A stretch of DNA of 32,000 nt from Cupriavidus necator (GCF_016127575.1 NZ_CP066019.1:2730001-2762000), one strand, 5' to 3'; positions 16,518-24,673 are shown, counted from the first letter of the stretch. A program made the numbers and translations. Notes: a model not told the origin generated them from the sequence alone.

Positions 16518-17195
16518 ATGAAAATCCTGATGGTGCTGACATCGCACGACCAGCTGGGCAATACCGGCAAGAAGACCGGCTTCTGGCTGGAGGAATTCGC
16601 AGCGCCCTACTACGTCTTCAAGGACGCCGGCGCCGACATCACGCTGGCCTCGCCCAAGGGCGGCCAACCGCCGATCGACCCGAAAAGCGACGATCCGGGC
16701 GCCCAGACCGACGCCACCCGGCGCTTCCAGGGTGACCCGGCCGCCAGGGCCGCACTGGCCAGCACGCTGACGCTGGACCAGGTGAAGGCGGAAGACTTCG
16801 ACGCCATCTTCTACCCGGGCGGCCACGGCCCGCTGTGGGACCTGGCCGAAGACAAGCGCTCCGCCGCGCTGATCGAGCAGTTCGACCGCGCCGGCAAGCC
16901 GGTGGGAGCGGTATGCCACGCACCGGCGGTGTTCCGCCATACCAGGGGCGCGGACGGGGAACCGCTGGTCAAGGGCAAGGAAGTGACCGGCTTCACCAAC
17001 AGCGAGGAAGAAGCCGTGCAGCTGACCAAGGTAGTCCCGTTCCTGGTGGAGGATATGCTCAAGGCCAATGGCGGGCGCTTCACGCGTGGCGAGGATTGGG
17101 CCAGCCATGTCGTGATCGCGGGGCGGCTGGTGACGGGGCAAAATCCGGCATCGTCTGATGCTGCGGCGCAGGCGCTGTTGAAGATGTTGAAGTAA
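16518..17195 (+). CDS. DJ-1/PfpI-family (class I glutamine amidotransferase-like) protein
   Basis: ATG 16518 with GGAG at 16507-16510. MKILMVLTSHDQLGNTGKKTGFWLEEFAAPYYVF, FDAIFYPGGHGPLWDL, nucleophile elbow GAVCHAPAVF, LVTGQNPASS. Confidence 0.9.
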   Translation: MKILMVLTSHDQLGNTGKKTGFWLEEFAAPYYVFKDAGADITLASPKGGQPPIDPKSDDPGAQTDATRRFQGDPAARAALASTLTLDQVKAEDFDAIFYPGGHGPLWDLAEDKRSAALIEQFDRAGKPVGAVCHAPAVFRHTRGADGEPLVKGKEVTGFTNSEEEAVQLTKVVPFLVEDMLKANGGRFTRGEDWASHVVIAGRLVTGQNPASSDAAAQALLKMLK

Positions 17196-17200
17196 GGGAA

Positions 17201-17218
17201 GGCGGCAAACGCGCCGCC
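17201..17218 (+). terminator. GC hairpin after the DJ-1/PfpI gene
   Basis: GGCGGC-AAACGC-GCCGCC lies 6 nt after the TAA (17193-17195) and is followed by GCCGGTTTG. Confidence 0.4.
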
Positions 17219-17227
17219 GCCGGTTTG

Positions 17228-17257
17228 CACCCCTCGCCCGCTTGCGGGAGAGGGGTG
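17228..17257. repeat. REP-like GC-rich extragenic palindrome between convergent genes
   Basis: CACCCCTC-G-CCCGC-TT-GCGGG-A-GAGGGGTG is a nested 13-bp stem with one mismatch. The CCCGCTTGCGGGAGAGGGG type of element is a common intergenic repeat in Ralstonia/Cupriavidus/Burkholderia genomes (from memory). It could act as a bidirectional terminator. Confidence 0.5.
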
Positions 17258-17303
17258 CGTACGCCGAGCTTGATGGCTACTTCAAACGCATGGGTTGTCC
17301 CAC

Positions 17304-19736
17304 TTACTGCGGCACCAACTCCAACCGCTCCCGGCTGGCCTTCTCCACCGCCTTGCGCGTATACACCAGCGGGAAATACTCCCCCTTGGCCCACAACGGC
17401 GCCAGGTCGCGGTAATGCGGGCTGGCGGGATTGCCCGATTGCCCCGGCGTGTTGATCACGCGCGAGGCATCCCAGTTGCCCACATCCAGCACCATGCGGA
17501 ACGACGCGCCCGCGGTCAGCCGGAAGTCGGTATTGCGGTAGCTGGTGTTCATCGGCGTGAAGGCCGAGCCGCCGATCGGACCGGCGTTGACATTGAACTG
17601 CTGGCGTTCCGCGTCGCTCAGGATCGGGTCCATCGGATGCGTGAACACGGCAGTGTGAAGCTTGCCCCATTGCCATGCGCGCGGGTCGGGGCCGAGCTTG
17701 CCTTCCGCTTCCGCCATGGCGGCCTTCAGCGATTCGAGCATCACCGCATTGCGGCGCTCCACCGGCATCCACGGACCGGGCTGCTCCAGCACCGCCACCA
17801 CGCGCGCGGCATCGCCGGCACCGACCAGGCGTGCGGCTTCGGGCGTCAGCGCGGCGCGCACCACGGCCTGGCGCAGGTGTTTGCTGAACCAGACTTCGAA
17901 CAATGCCGCTGCGGCGCTGTCGGCACGCTCGTTGCCGTCCCAGCCGCGCAGCAGGTCCAGGCCGCGGGCCAGTTGCGGGTCGTCGCTGCGCACGTCCCTC
18001 AGCAGCGCCACCACGCGCTGGGCCGGCAGCGAAACGGTGTCGTTCTGCCACGCCATCGAGTCCTGCGCCGAGCTGCGCGCATTGGCGCCCACCACGGCCT
18101 TGAGCCGGCGCGCGCGCGAGCTGTCGCTCCATTCATAGCCCACGCCAAGTTTCGCGGCCGGGTGCTCGGGCGGGATGTTGTTCTCGTTGGCGGTGACGAT
18201 GTAGCCTGGCGCGGGGTTGTAGGCCCACGGCAGCTCGTCCATGTTGCGGTAGCCGGCCCACTCGTAGCGGCCATCGCCCGCCACCGGCGTGAGGCCGTCC
18301 CAGTTGGGCCGCTTGACGGTCAGCCCGCCCGGGATCCAGCCGATATTGCCGCTGGTATCGGCATAGACCTGGTTCTCGCCGGGCGCGCCCCAGCGGTTCA
18401 TGGCGGCGCGGAACTGGTCCCAGTTGCGCGCGCGCATATAGTCCATCGAACCGAAGTACGGCGCCATGCCGTAGTCGAGCCACGCGGCGCGCAGCGCCCA
18501 CGCCTGCGCGCGGCCGGCATCGGCAACCAGCACCGGGCCGTGGCGCGTGAAGTCGATGGTGACCTTGCGCGGCGCGGACTCGCCCTTGACCACGATCTCT
18601 TCGGTGATGCTCTCCATCGGTTCCCAGCGGCCCTTGTACTTGTACTCATGCGGGTTGGCCGGATTGAGCTCGTAGCCGTACAGGTCTTCCTGGTCCATGT
18701 AGAAGCGCGTCAGGCCAAAGGCAATGGTGCCGTTGTGCCCGATCGAGATGCCGGGCAGGAACGGCTCGCCCGCGCCGATCACCGACATCCCCGGCGCGTT
18801 CAGGTGGCTGATATAGCGCAGGCTGGGCGCGCCGTGCGAGCGGTGCGGGTCGTTGGCCAGGATCGGGCGGCCGGTGGTGGTGCGCTTGCCGCCGATGACC
18901 CAGTTGTTCGATCCGAGGCTGCGGCCGGCGTCGCTGTTGGGGTCCACCAGTGCGTAGAGCTGGTCGAGCGGGATGCTGGCGGCCTGCGCATTGCCCCACG
19001 CCTCTTTCGGGAAGCGCGCTGCGGCGGTGGCCAGTTCGTAGGCGCGGCGCAGTTCGGCGGCGGGAACCGTGCAGGGGTCGATGCCGGGGCTGAGCCTGGG
19101 CTCGATCTGCGGGTCGAGTTCGCGGCGCAGCCAGTCGGCACGCGGGGCGTCCTGTTTGGCCTGGCAATAGAGCTGGGCGCGTTCGACTTCGCCGGTGAAG
19201 TTGAGCGTCAGGCCGTGGTGGCGGATGCGCACGATATCGTCGGCACGCCAGCGCGCAGGCTTGTAGTTGAGCTTGCGGAATTCCGGCGGCAGCAGCTCGG
19301 GCTTCTGCTCGGTCAGCGCCACATAGGCGTTCACCCCGGCCACGAAGGCCTCGGCCACGCGCTTGGCGTCGGAGCCATAGGCCAGCCATTCGCGGTACAT
19401 GTCGCCGCGGAACAGCACCGCGCGCGCCATGCGGTCGCCATCGGCATAGGCCGGGCCGAAGTCCCTGGCCATTTCGCCGAGTCCGCGCTTGCGCCACAGG
19501 TCGATCTGCCACAGGCGGTCGCGCGCGGCCATGAAGCCCTGCACGAAAAAGGCGTCGTAGAGCGTGCCGGCATAGATATGCGGCACGCCCCAGCGGTCGA
19601 CCAGCACGCTGGCGGGCTTTTCCAGGCCGGGCACGGCCAGCACGTTGTTGCGGACGGGGGCTTCGGCCATGGCGGCCGGGATGGTGGTGGCGAGCAGGGC
19701 CAGCGCAGCGGCCAGGCGGCGGGGGGTGCGTAACAT
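17304..19736 (-). CDS. Secreted Ntn-hydrolase of the penicillin acylase / acyl-homoserine-lactone acylase family (peptidase S45)
   Basis: Track ORF 17304-19838; start moved to ATG 19736 (GGAGA at 19741-19745 rc). Signal peptide MLRTPRRLAAALALLATTIPAAMA/EAP. Alpha-subunit strings VDRWGVPHIYA, FFVQGFMAARDRLWQIDLWRK. The predicted autoproteolytic site is G-SNNW (Ser codon 18911-18909), followed by TTGRPILANDPH. Confidence 0.9.
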   Translation of the reverse strand: MLRTPRRLAAALALLATTIPAAMAEAPVRNNVLAVPGLEKPASVLVDRWGVPHIYAGTLYDAFFVQGFMAARDRLWQIDLWRKRGLGEMARDFGPAYADGDRMARAVLFRGDMYREWLAYGSDAKRVAEAFVAGVNAYVALTEQKPELLPPEFRKLNYKPARWRADDIVRIRHHGLTLNFTGEVERAQLYCQAKQDAPRADWLRRELDPQIEPRLSPGIDPCTVPAAELRRAYELATAAARFPKEAWGNAQAASIPLDQLYALVDPNSDAGRSLGSNNWVIGGKRTTTGRPILANDPHRSHGAPSLRYISHLNAPGMSVIGAGEPFLPGISIGHNGTIAFGLTRFYMDQEDLYGYELNPANPHEYKYKGRWEPMESITEEIVVKGESAPRKVTIDFTRHGPVLVADAGRAQAWALRAAWLDYGMAPYFGSMDYMRARNWDQFRAAMNRWGAPGENQVYADTSGNIGWIPGGLTVKRPNWDGLTPVAGDGRYEWAGYRNMDELPWAYNPAPGYIVTANENNIPPEHPAAKLGVGYEWSDSSRARRLKAVVGANARSSAQDSMAWQNDTVSLPAQRVVALLRDVRSDDPQLARGLDLLRGWDGNERADSAAAALFEVWFSKHLRQAVVRAALTPEAARLVGAGDAARVVAVLEQPGPWMPVERRNAVMLESLKAAMAEAEGKLGPDPRAWQWGKLHTAVFTHPMDPILSDAERQQFNVNAGPIGGSAFTPMNTSYRNTDFRLTAGASFRMVLDVGNWDASRVINTPGQSGNPASPHYRDLAPLWAKGEYFPLVYTRKAVEKASRERLELVPQ

Positions 19737-19803
19737 CAGGTCTCCTCGGTGTTGTGATTGGCTGCAGATGTCTTGCAGTTCACACCGAAGATAGTGCATC
19801 GCC

Positions 19804-19827
19804 GGCCAGCGCGCGAGCCGCGCGGCC
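19804..19827 (-). terminator. GC hairpin between the reductase and acylase genes (possible partial terminator)
   Basis: GGCC(A)GCGCG-CGAGC-CGCGCGGCC lies 35 nt past the reductase stop. No U-tract is present. Confidence 0.3.
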
Positions 19828-19861
19828 GATCTCCGCACGGCGTGTGCCGCTGCGGGTTCGC

Positions 19862-21460
19862 TCAGTAGACGTCGCGCCGGTAGCGGCCGTCGTCGGCAAG
19901 CCGGCGCAGCGCGTCTGCGCCGAGGATCCCGGCCAGTGCGTCATGGACGCCGCCGGCCATGCCCTGCAGGCTGCCGCAGACATAGATGGCGGCGCCGTCC
20001 GCCACCCATTGGCGCACCGTATCGCCCTGCGCGCGCAAGGCGTCCTGCACGTAGCGCGGCGCGCCGCCGTCACGCGACCAGGCATGGTCCACGCGCTGCA
20101 GCGTGCCGTCGGCCTGCCATGCGGCCAGGTCCCCGGCAAAGAACGCATCATGCTGCGCCGAGCGCTCGCCGAACAGCAGCCAGTTGCGGCGCCGCCCGGC
20201 CGCGGCGCGGGCCTTGAGCTGGGCGCGCAGCCCGGCCAGCCCGGTGCCGTTGCCGACCAGGATCAGGGGCCGGTCATCGGCCGGCGGGTGGAAGCTGCGG
20301 TTGGTGCGGATGCGCAGCGCGATGCGGGTGCCCACGGCCGCGTGTTCGGTCAGCCAGCCGGAGGCCAGGCCCAGGCGGCCGTCGTCGTAGCGGGTCTGCC
20401 GCACCAGCAGTTCGAGTTGCCCGTCCCGCGGCAGCGAGGCGATCGAATATTCGCGGTGCGGCAGCGGCGGCAGCGTGTCCACCAGTTGCTGCGGCGGCAG
20501 GCCCTGCATCGCCGCGAAGTGCGCCTCAGGCAGCGGCATGCGTGTGCCCAGCGCCTCGGCGAGCGTGGCGTCGCGGCCGTCGCAGCGCACCGGTGTGGCG
20601 CCGTCGAGGCCAAGCCGCGCCAGCAGCCGTTCAACCTCGGCCGGCGCGTGGCACGGGCCGATCTCGGCGATGTCGCCGGCTTGCCAGTCCATTGCCGCAT
20701 CGTCCTGCGGCGCCAGCGACAGGTGGAATGCCGGCGCGCCCTGGCTGCCGGGGTTCAGATGACGGCGTTGCGCGAGCCGCCAGCTGTCATAGCGCGGGCG
20801 TTCCCAGTCGGCAATCTCCGCGCCGCCGCTCAGGGCCGACAGGTGGTTCTGCCAGTGGCGCAGTGCGCCGGCGTCGCCGTTGTCGACTTCGACCAGGTCA
20901 AAGAGCGGCTGCGCGCGGTGACGCTGCAGCCAGCCGTCGAGCGCGTGGCCGAAGGCGCAGAAGCGCGCGTAGCTGCTGTCGCCGAGCGCGAGGATGCCGT
21001 AGCGCAAGGACTGCAGGCCATCCGCGCCGGCCAGCAAGCGGCGCGCAAAACCGGACGCGCTGTCGGGGGCGTCGCCCTCGCCGGTGGTGCTGACCAGAAA
21101 CAGCGCCTGGCGGCATGCCTGCAGGCGCCGCGCATCGACATCGGCCAGCGACAGCAGTTGCACCGGCACCCCCGCGCCGTGCAGCGCGTTGGCGGTCTGC
21201 AACGCCAGTTGTTCGGCAAACCCGGTCTGCGAGGCGTAGGCAACCAGCGTCGCGCCCTCTTCCGTGCCAGCCAGTGCCACCACGCGCACGCGCCGCTGGC
21301 GATGGTGGGCAAGCACCGCGCTGCAGAAGCCCGCATAGGCGGCCACCACGCCGGCCGCCATAGCCATGCGCGACGGCCCCAGCACGGACAGCGCGACGCC
21401 GCCGGCAACGGCAAGCCAGCTTGCGCCGGCGATGGCGGACGGCATGGCCTTCGCGCTCAT
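19862..21460 (-). CDS. Membrane-tethered CysJ-like diflavin reductase (flavodoxin + FAD/NAD(P)H ferredoxin-reductase domains)
   Basis: Track ORF 19862-21619; start moved to ATG 21460, which overlaps the ApbE stop (ATGA, 21457-21460). Two N-terminal hydrophobic helices (AIAGASWLAVAGGVALSVL, AMAAGVVAAYAGFCSAVLA). Flavodoxin-like strings TLVAYASQTGFAEQLA, LFLVSTTGEGDAPD, YGILALGDSSY. FAD motif REYSIAS. NAD(P)H motif LILVGNGTGLAGLRA. C-terminal YRRDVY. Confidence 0.85.
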   Translation of the reverse strand: MSAKAMPSAIAGASWLAVAGGVALSVLGPSRMAMAAGVVAAYAGFCSAVLAHHRQRRVRVVALAGTEEGATLVAYASQTGFAEQLALQTANALHGAGVPVQLLSLADVDARRLQACRQALFLVSTTGEGDAPDSASGFARRLLAGADGLQSLRYGILALGDSSYARFCAFGHALDGWLQRHRAQPLFDLVEVDNGDAGALRHWQNHLSALSGGAEIADWERPRYDSWRLAQRRHLNPGSQGAPAFHLSLAPQDDAAMDWQAGDIAEIGPCHAPAEVERLLARLGLDGATPVRCDGRDATLAEALGTRMPLPEAHFAAMQGLPPQQLVDTLPPLPHREYSIASLPRDGQLELLVRQTRYDDGRLGLASGWLTEHAAVGTRIALRIRTNRSFHPPADDRPLILVGNGTGLAGLRAQLKARAAAGRRRNWLLFGERSAQHDAFFAGDLAAWQADGTLQRVDHAWSRDGGAPRYVQDALRAQGDTVRQWVADGAAIYVCGSLQGMAGGVHDALAGILGADALRRLADDGRYRRDVY

Positions 21461-22473
21461 GCCAGCATCGCGGCAAAGGCCGGGGACAGCTGTTCGTCGA
21501 AGCCGCCCGGCGTGCGCACCAGGAAGCGCGCGGCAATGCCGTGGCGGCGCGCGTGCGCCATGCCTGCCTGCGGGCCCAGCACGGTCAGCGCGGTGGACAG
21601 CGCATCGGCCAGCATGCACTGCGCGTGGATGACCGTGACCGAGGCCAGCGCGTGGCTGGCCGGATAGCCGGTGCGCGGATCGATGGTATGGGCGTAGCGG
21701 CGACCGTCACTGTCGAAATAGCGGCGATAGTCGCCGGAAGTGGCGACGGACAGGCCGTGCAGTGCCACCAGCGTCTGCCCCGCGGCATCGCTGCCCAGCC
21801 CCGGCGGGGCCTCCAGCGCGACCCACCACGGCATGCCGTCGGGCTTGACGCCATGGCCGCGCAGTTCGCCGCCGATCTCCGTCAAGTGGTGGTCAAGGCC
21901 CTGCTCACACAGGTAGCCTGCCACCGCGTCGACGGCAAAGCCCTTGGCGATGGCGCAGAAGTCCAGCGACACGCCGCCCGGCTGCCAGGCGCGCCGGCCC
22001 GTGGCATCGACTTCGATGCGGGCCCAGCCGCAGCGGCCGCGCGTGGCCTGCACCGCGTCTGGCGACGGCGGCGCGGTGCGCGCCGGTGCTGGGCCGAAGC
22101 CCCACAGGTCGACCAGCGGACCGGCGCTCGGGTCATAGGCGCCACCGCTGTCGCGCGCCACCAGCAGCGCGCATTGCAGCACCATGAAGCAGTCTTCAGG
22201 CAGCGCGTGCCAGCTGCCGGGTGCCGCGCCGTTGAAACGGCTCAGATCGGAATCCGCTTCCCAGTTGCTCATCTGCGCGATCACGCCATCTAGAACGGCC
22301 TGGATGCCGGCGGCGATGGCGTCCGCATCCGTGGCCGGCGGCAGCAGTGCCGCCACCGACCAGGTCGTGCCCATGGTCGCGCCGCCCCAGCGCTGCAGCC
22401 GCATATCGGCTGCGGGCGGCTGTGGGGGCGCGGTCAGCGCAACAGGTACCAGGACGCGGTTCAAACCCGGCAA
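21457..22473 (-). CDS. apbE: ApbE-family FAD:protein FMN transferase (flavinyl transferase)
   Basis: The longest ORF starts at TTG 22473, 5 nt after the DUF4198 stop; ATG 22404 is an alternative. Family motifs: TMGTTWSV, GAYDPSAGPLVDLWGFGP, DFCAIAKGFAVDAV, VATSGDYRRYF, YAHTIDPRTGYP, ADALSTAL. No obvious signal peptide is present. Confidence 0.85.
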   Translation of the reverse strand: MPGLNRVLVPVALTAPPQPPAADMRLQRWGGATMGTTWSVAALLPPATDADAIAAGIQAVLDGVIAQMSNWEADSDLSRFNGAAPGSWHALPEDCFMVLQCALLVARDSGGAYDPSAGPLVDLWGFGPAPARTAPPSPDAVQATRGRCGWARIEVDATGRRAWQPGGVSLDFCAIAKGFAVDAVAGYLCEQGLDHHLTEIGGELRGHGVKPDGMPWWVALEAPPGLGSDAAGQTLVALHGLSVATSGDYRRYFDSDGRRYAHTIDPRTGYPASHALASVTVIHAQCMLADALSTALTVLGPQAGMAHARRHGIAARFLVRTPGGFDEQLSPAFAAMLA

Positions 22474-22478
22474 CCGGC

Positions 22479-23318
22479 TTATTGCGGCAGCACCTCGACC
22501 GTCACCGCATAGACGGCACGGCGCGATTTGGCCTGCTTGAAGGTGGTCTTGTCATCCTTCACCTCGGCTTCCATCCAGTACATGCCTGGGGCCGGCCACT
22601 TGACGCTGAACTTGCCGTCGGCGTCGGTGGTGGCGCTGAACTCCTGCAGCTGGTCGCGGTAGCGGATGCCGCCCGGCACCACCGAGACCTTCAGGTTGCT
22701 GGCGGGCTTGCCGTCGAGCAGCATGCGGAAGCTGGCGGTGTCGCCCGCGACCAGGTCGTTCGGGTGCGTGATCGGGGCCAGTTCCAGGCCGCGGCCGGCG
22801 GTGCGCAGGCCCTTGTCGCTGGGCTTGCCGGCGGTGATGAAGGATTCGATGCGGCCTTCGGCCTGGGTGGCCTGCAGGTCCTGCGCATTGGCCGGGACTT
22901 CCTTGGCGAAGTTCTCGGCCGAACCCCGCCAGCGCTTGGCCTGGCCGTCGACCTTGTAGCTGGCGAACAGGCCGTTGTTGACCACCGCCACGCGGTACGT
23001 GCCGGGCTGGGTCAGGTGCAGGTCGAAGGTGCTGCGGTACTTGCCGGTGGCAGCGTTCTCGGCCTTGACGGCGCTGCCATCGGGCGCGGTCACCTGCAGG
23101 TTGTCGAGCCGCATCGGCACGTGCTCGAAATAGAACAGGTCGTTGGAGACAGCGGCGTCCACGGTCACCCACGGATCGCTGCCTGACAGCACGGTAGCCG
23201 ACGGCAGCAGCCACTGGCGGTGCGCGTGCGCGGCCAGCGGCGCCAGGGCGGCCAGGGCGAGCACGGCCACGCGGGTGGCGATGCGGGTAGATGCGGCGGA
23301 CATAAGGGAAGGTTTCAT
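22479..23318 (-). CDS. Periplasmic DUF4198 domain protein (family related to Ni/Co-uptake periplasmic components)
   Basis: ATG 23318 with GGAG upstream. Signal peptide ...LALAALAPLAAHA/HRQWLLPS. Beta-rich with DUF4198-like strings: DAAVSNDLFYFEH, TFDLHLTQPGTYRVAVVNNG, GLELAPITHPNDLVAGDTASFRMLLDGKP, DADGKFSVKWPAPGMYWMEA. Confidence 0.8.
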   Translation of the reverse strand: MKPSLMSAASTRIATRVAVLALAALAPLAAHAHRQWLLPSATVLSGSDPWVTVDAAVSNDLFYFEHVPMRLDNLQVTAPDGSAVKAENAATGKYRSTFDLHLTQPGTYRVAVVNNGLFASYKVDGQAKRWRGSAENFAKEVPANAQDLQATQAEGRIESFITAGKPSDKGLRTAGRGLELAPITHPNDLVAGDTASFRMLLDGKPASNLKVSVVPGGIRYRDQLQEFSATTDADGKFSVKWPAPGMYWMEAEVKDDKTTFKQAKSRRAVYAVTVEVLPQ

Positions 23319-23336
23319 CGTCTGGCTCCGGAAGGA

Positions 23337-23861
23337 TTACGGCTTCAGTTCGACGGTCACGCCGCCGAGTTCGTGTTCGCCCTTGGCGCGGGCGGTCTGT
23401 GCGGCTTGCGGCGGCCACGTGAACGGCACGCGCAGCAGCTCGCGCCCGCCCACTTCACGCGCGGCTTCCACCACCAGCTGGTAGTTGCCGGCGGGCAGCT
23501 TGCCCAGCGGCGCCTTGTCGTCGCTGAAGCTCACGCCGTGCTCGCCCGGCGCGCGCGTGGCGCCGGAGATGCCGTCGGCCGGCATGTGCAGGTCGCGGCC
23601 GGCCTTGCGCCACCACTGGCGCATGTCCTTGAGCCACTTGGTGCCTTCGCCGTCCCTGAGCTTGCCGTCGTACCAGACCGCCAGGGTCTGCACCGGGCTC
23701 TGGTCGGCGCGCTCGACCCACATCGCCACATAGGGGCGGTGGTACTCGGCCACGGTCAGGCGCGGGATTTCGACCTTGACGTTCAGGTCCGCGGCCAGCG
23801 CGGGGCCGGCCAGGGGAACCGCGGCCATGCCGGTCAGGGTGACGGTGAGCAGTCGGCGCAT
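23337..23861 (-). CDS. Periplasmic DUF2271 domain protein with a predicted ApbE flavinylation site
   Basis: ATG 23861. Signal peptide MRRLLTVTLTGMAAVPLAGPALA/ADL with a twin-Arg at positions 2-3. DUF2271-like strings: EYHRPYVAMWVE, TLAVWYDGK, WLKDMRQWWRK, LPAGNYQLVVEAAREVGGRELL. Motif DGISGAT at residues 96-102 (nt 23576-23556). Confidence 0.85.
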   Translation of the reverse strand: MRRLLTVTLTGMAAVPLAGPALAADLNVKVEIPRLTVAEYHRPYVAMWVERADQSPVQTLAVWYDGKLRDGEGTKWLKDMRQWWRKAGRDLHMPADGISGATRAPGEHGVSFSDDKAPLGKLPAGNYQLVVEAAREVGGRELLRVPFTWPPQAAQTARAKGEHELGGVTVELKP

Positions 23862-23916
23862 ATCGGAGAAACCTCGTCAGTGGGATGCAGGAAGGAAAAC
23901 GGTTGGAACGGTTGAC

Positions 23917-24573
23917 TCAATGGATAAACAGGAGCGCCAGCAGCACCGGGACCACCAGCCCCAGCCCCACCAGCGGCCAGGTCCCCACGCGCCCGGCCGC
24001 ATGCAGCTTGAGCAGGAACAGGCCGGTCACGCTGAAGACCAGGCATGCCAGCGCGAACACATCCAGGAACAGGCTCCACGCGGCGCCGGTGTTGCGGCCC
24101 TTGTGCAGGTCGTTCAGGTAGGAGATGGCGCCGCGCGTGGTTTTCTCGTACTGGGCTTCGCCGCTGTCGAGTTCCAGGCTGACCCAGGCGTCGCCGCCCG
24201 GACGCGGCAGCGCCACGTAGATCTCGTCGGCGGACCATTCGGCCTCGCGCCCGCTGGCGTCGATGTCCAGCGCCTGCGCCAGCCAGTCGGCCAGCACCGG
24301 CGGCACCGGCGCCTTCTTTTCACGCCCCTGGGCATCGCCCGCCGGCGCTTCGGCCCGCACCTTGTCGAGCACGCGCGTGGGCATGGTGGCGTGGCGCGTC
24401 TCGACCGCGGGCCTGGCCTCGATCTGTGCGGCGTGGTTGAGCGTGAAGCCGGTAACGGCAAACATCAGCATCCCGATCAGGCAGATCGCGGAACTGATCC
24501 AGTGCCACTGGTGGAGATGCTTGAGCCAGAAGGCACGCCGCTGTTGGCCGGAGGCCGGCTGGGTTTCGGTCAT
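23917..24573 (-). CDS. PepSY-associated TM helix (PepSY_TM / PiuB/FoxB-like) inner-membrane protein, short 3-TM form
   Basis: Track ORF 23917-24600 starts at a TTG; I prefer ATG 24573 (MTETQPASGQQRRAFWLKHLHQWHWISSAICLIGMLMFAVTGFTLNH). Second family motif ISYLNDLHKGRNTGAAWSLFLDVFALACLVFSVTGLFLL, plus a C-terminal TM. Confidence 0.8.
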   Translation of the reverse strand: MTETQPASGQQRRAFWLKHLHQWHWISSAICLIGMLMFAVTGFTLNHAAQIEARPAVETRHATMPTRVLDKVRAEAPAGDAQGREKKAPVPPVLADWLAQALDIDASGREAEWSADEIYVALPRPGGDAWVSLELDSGEAQYEKTTRGAISYLNDLHKGRNTGAAWSLFLDVFALACLVFSVTGLFLLKLHAAGRVGTWPLVGLGLVVPVLLALLFIH

Positions 24574-24673
24574 TGCGGTTGGTCGGCGGGCGCGGCCCAA
24601 GTGGCGGCCCGGTCTTGCCTTGTGTACGGATAGCTGGAGCGTCCCTTGCGCGCATCACACGGGCTCAGGCGTG

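Noticed and set aside
17295-19733. 812-aa plus-strand ORF mirroring the acylase gene
   Set aside because: It is almost exactly co-extensive with the acylase CDS on the opposite strand. The acylase frame carries the signal peptide and the SNNW Ntn site, whereas this frame is R/A/G/H-rich noise.
19754-21667. 637-aa plus-strand ORF
   Set aside because: It is antisense to the diflavin reductase gene, which has flavodoxin, RxYS and GTG motifs on the minus strand. This frame has no recognisable features.
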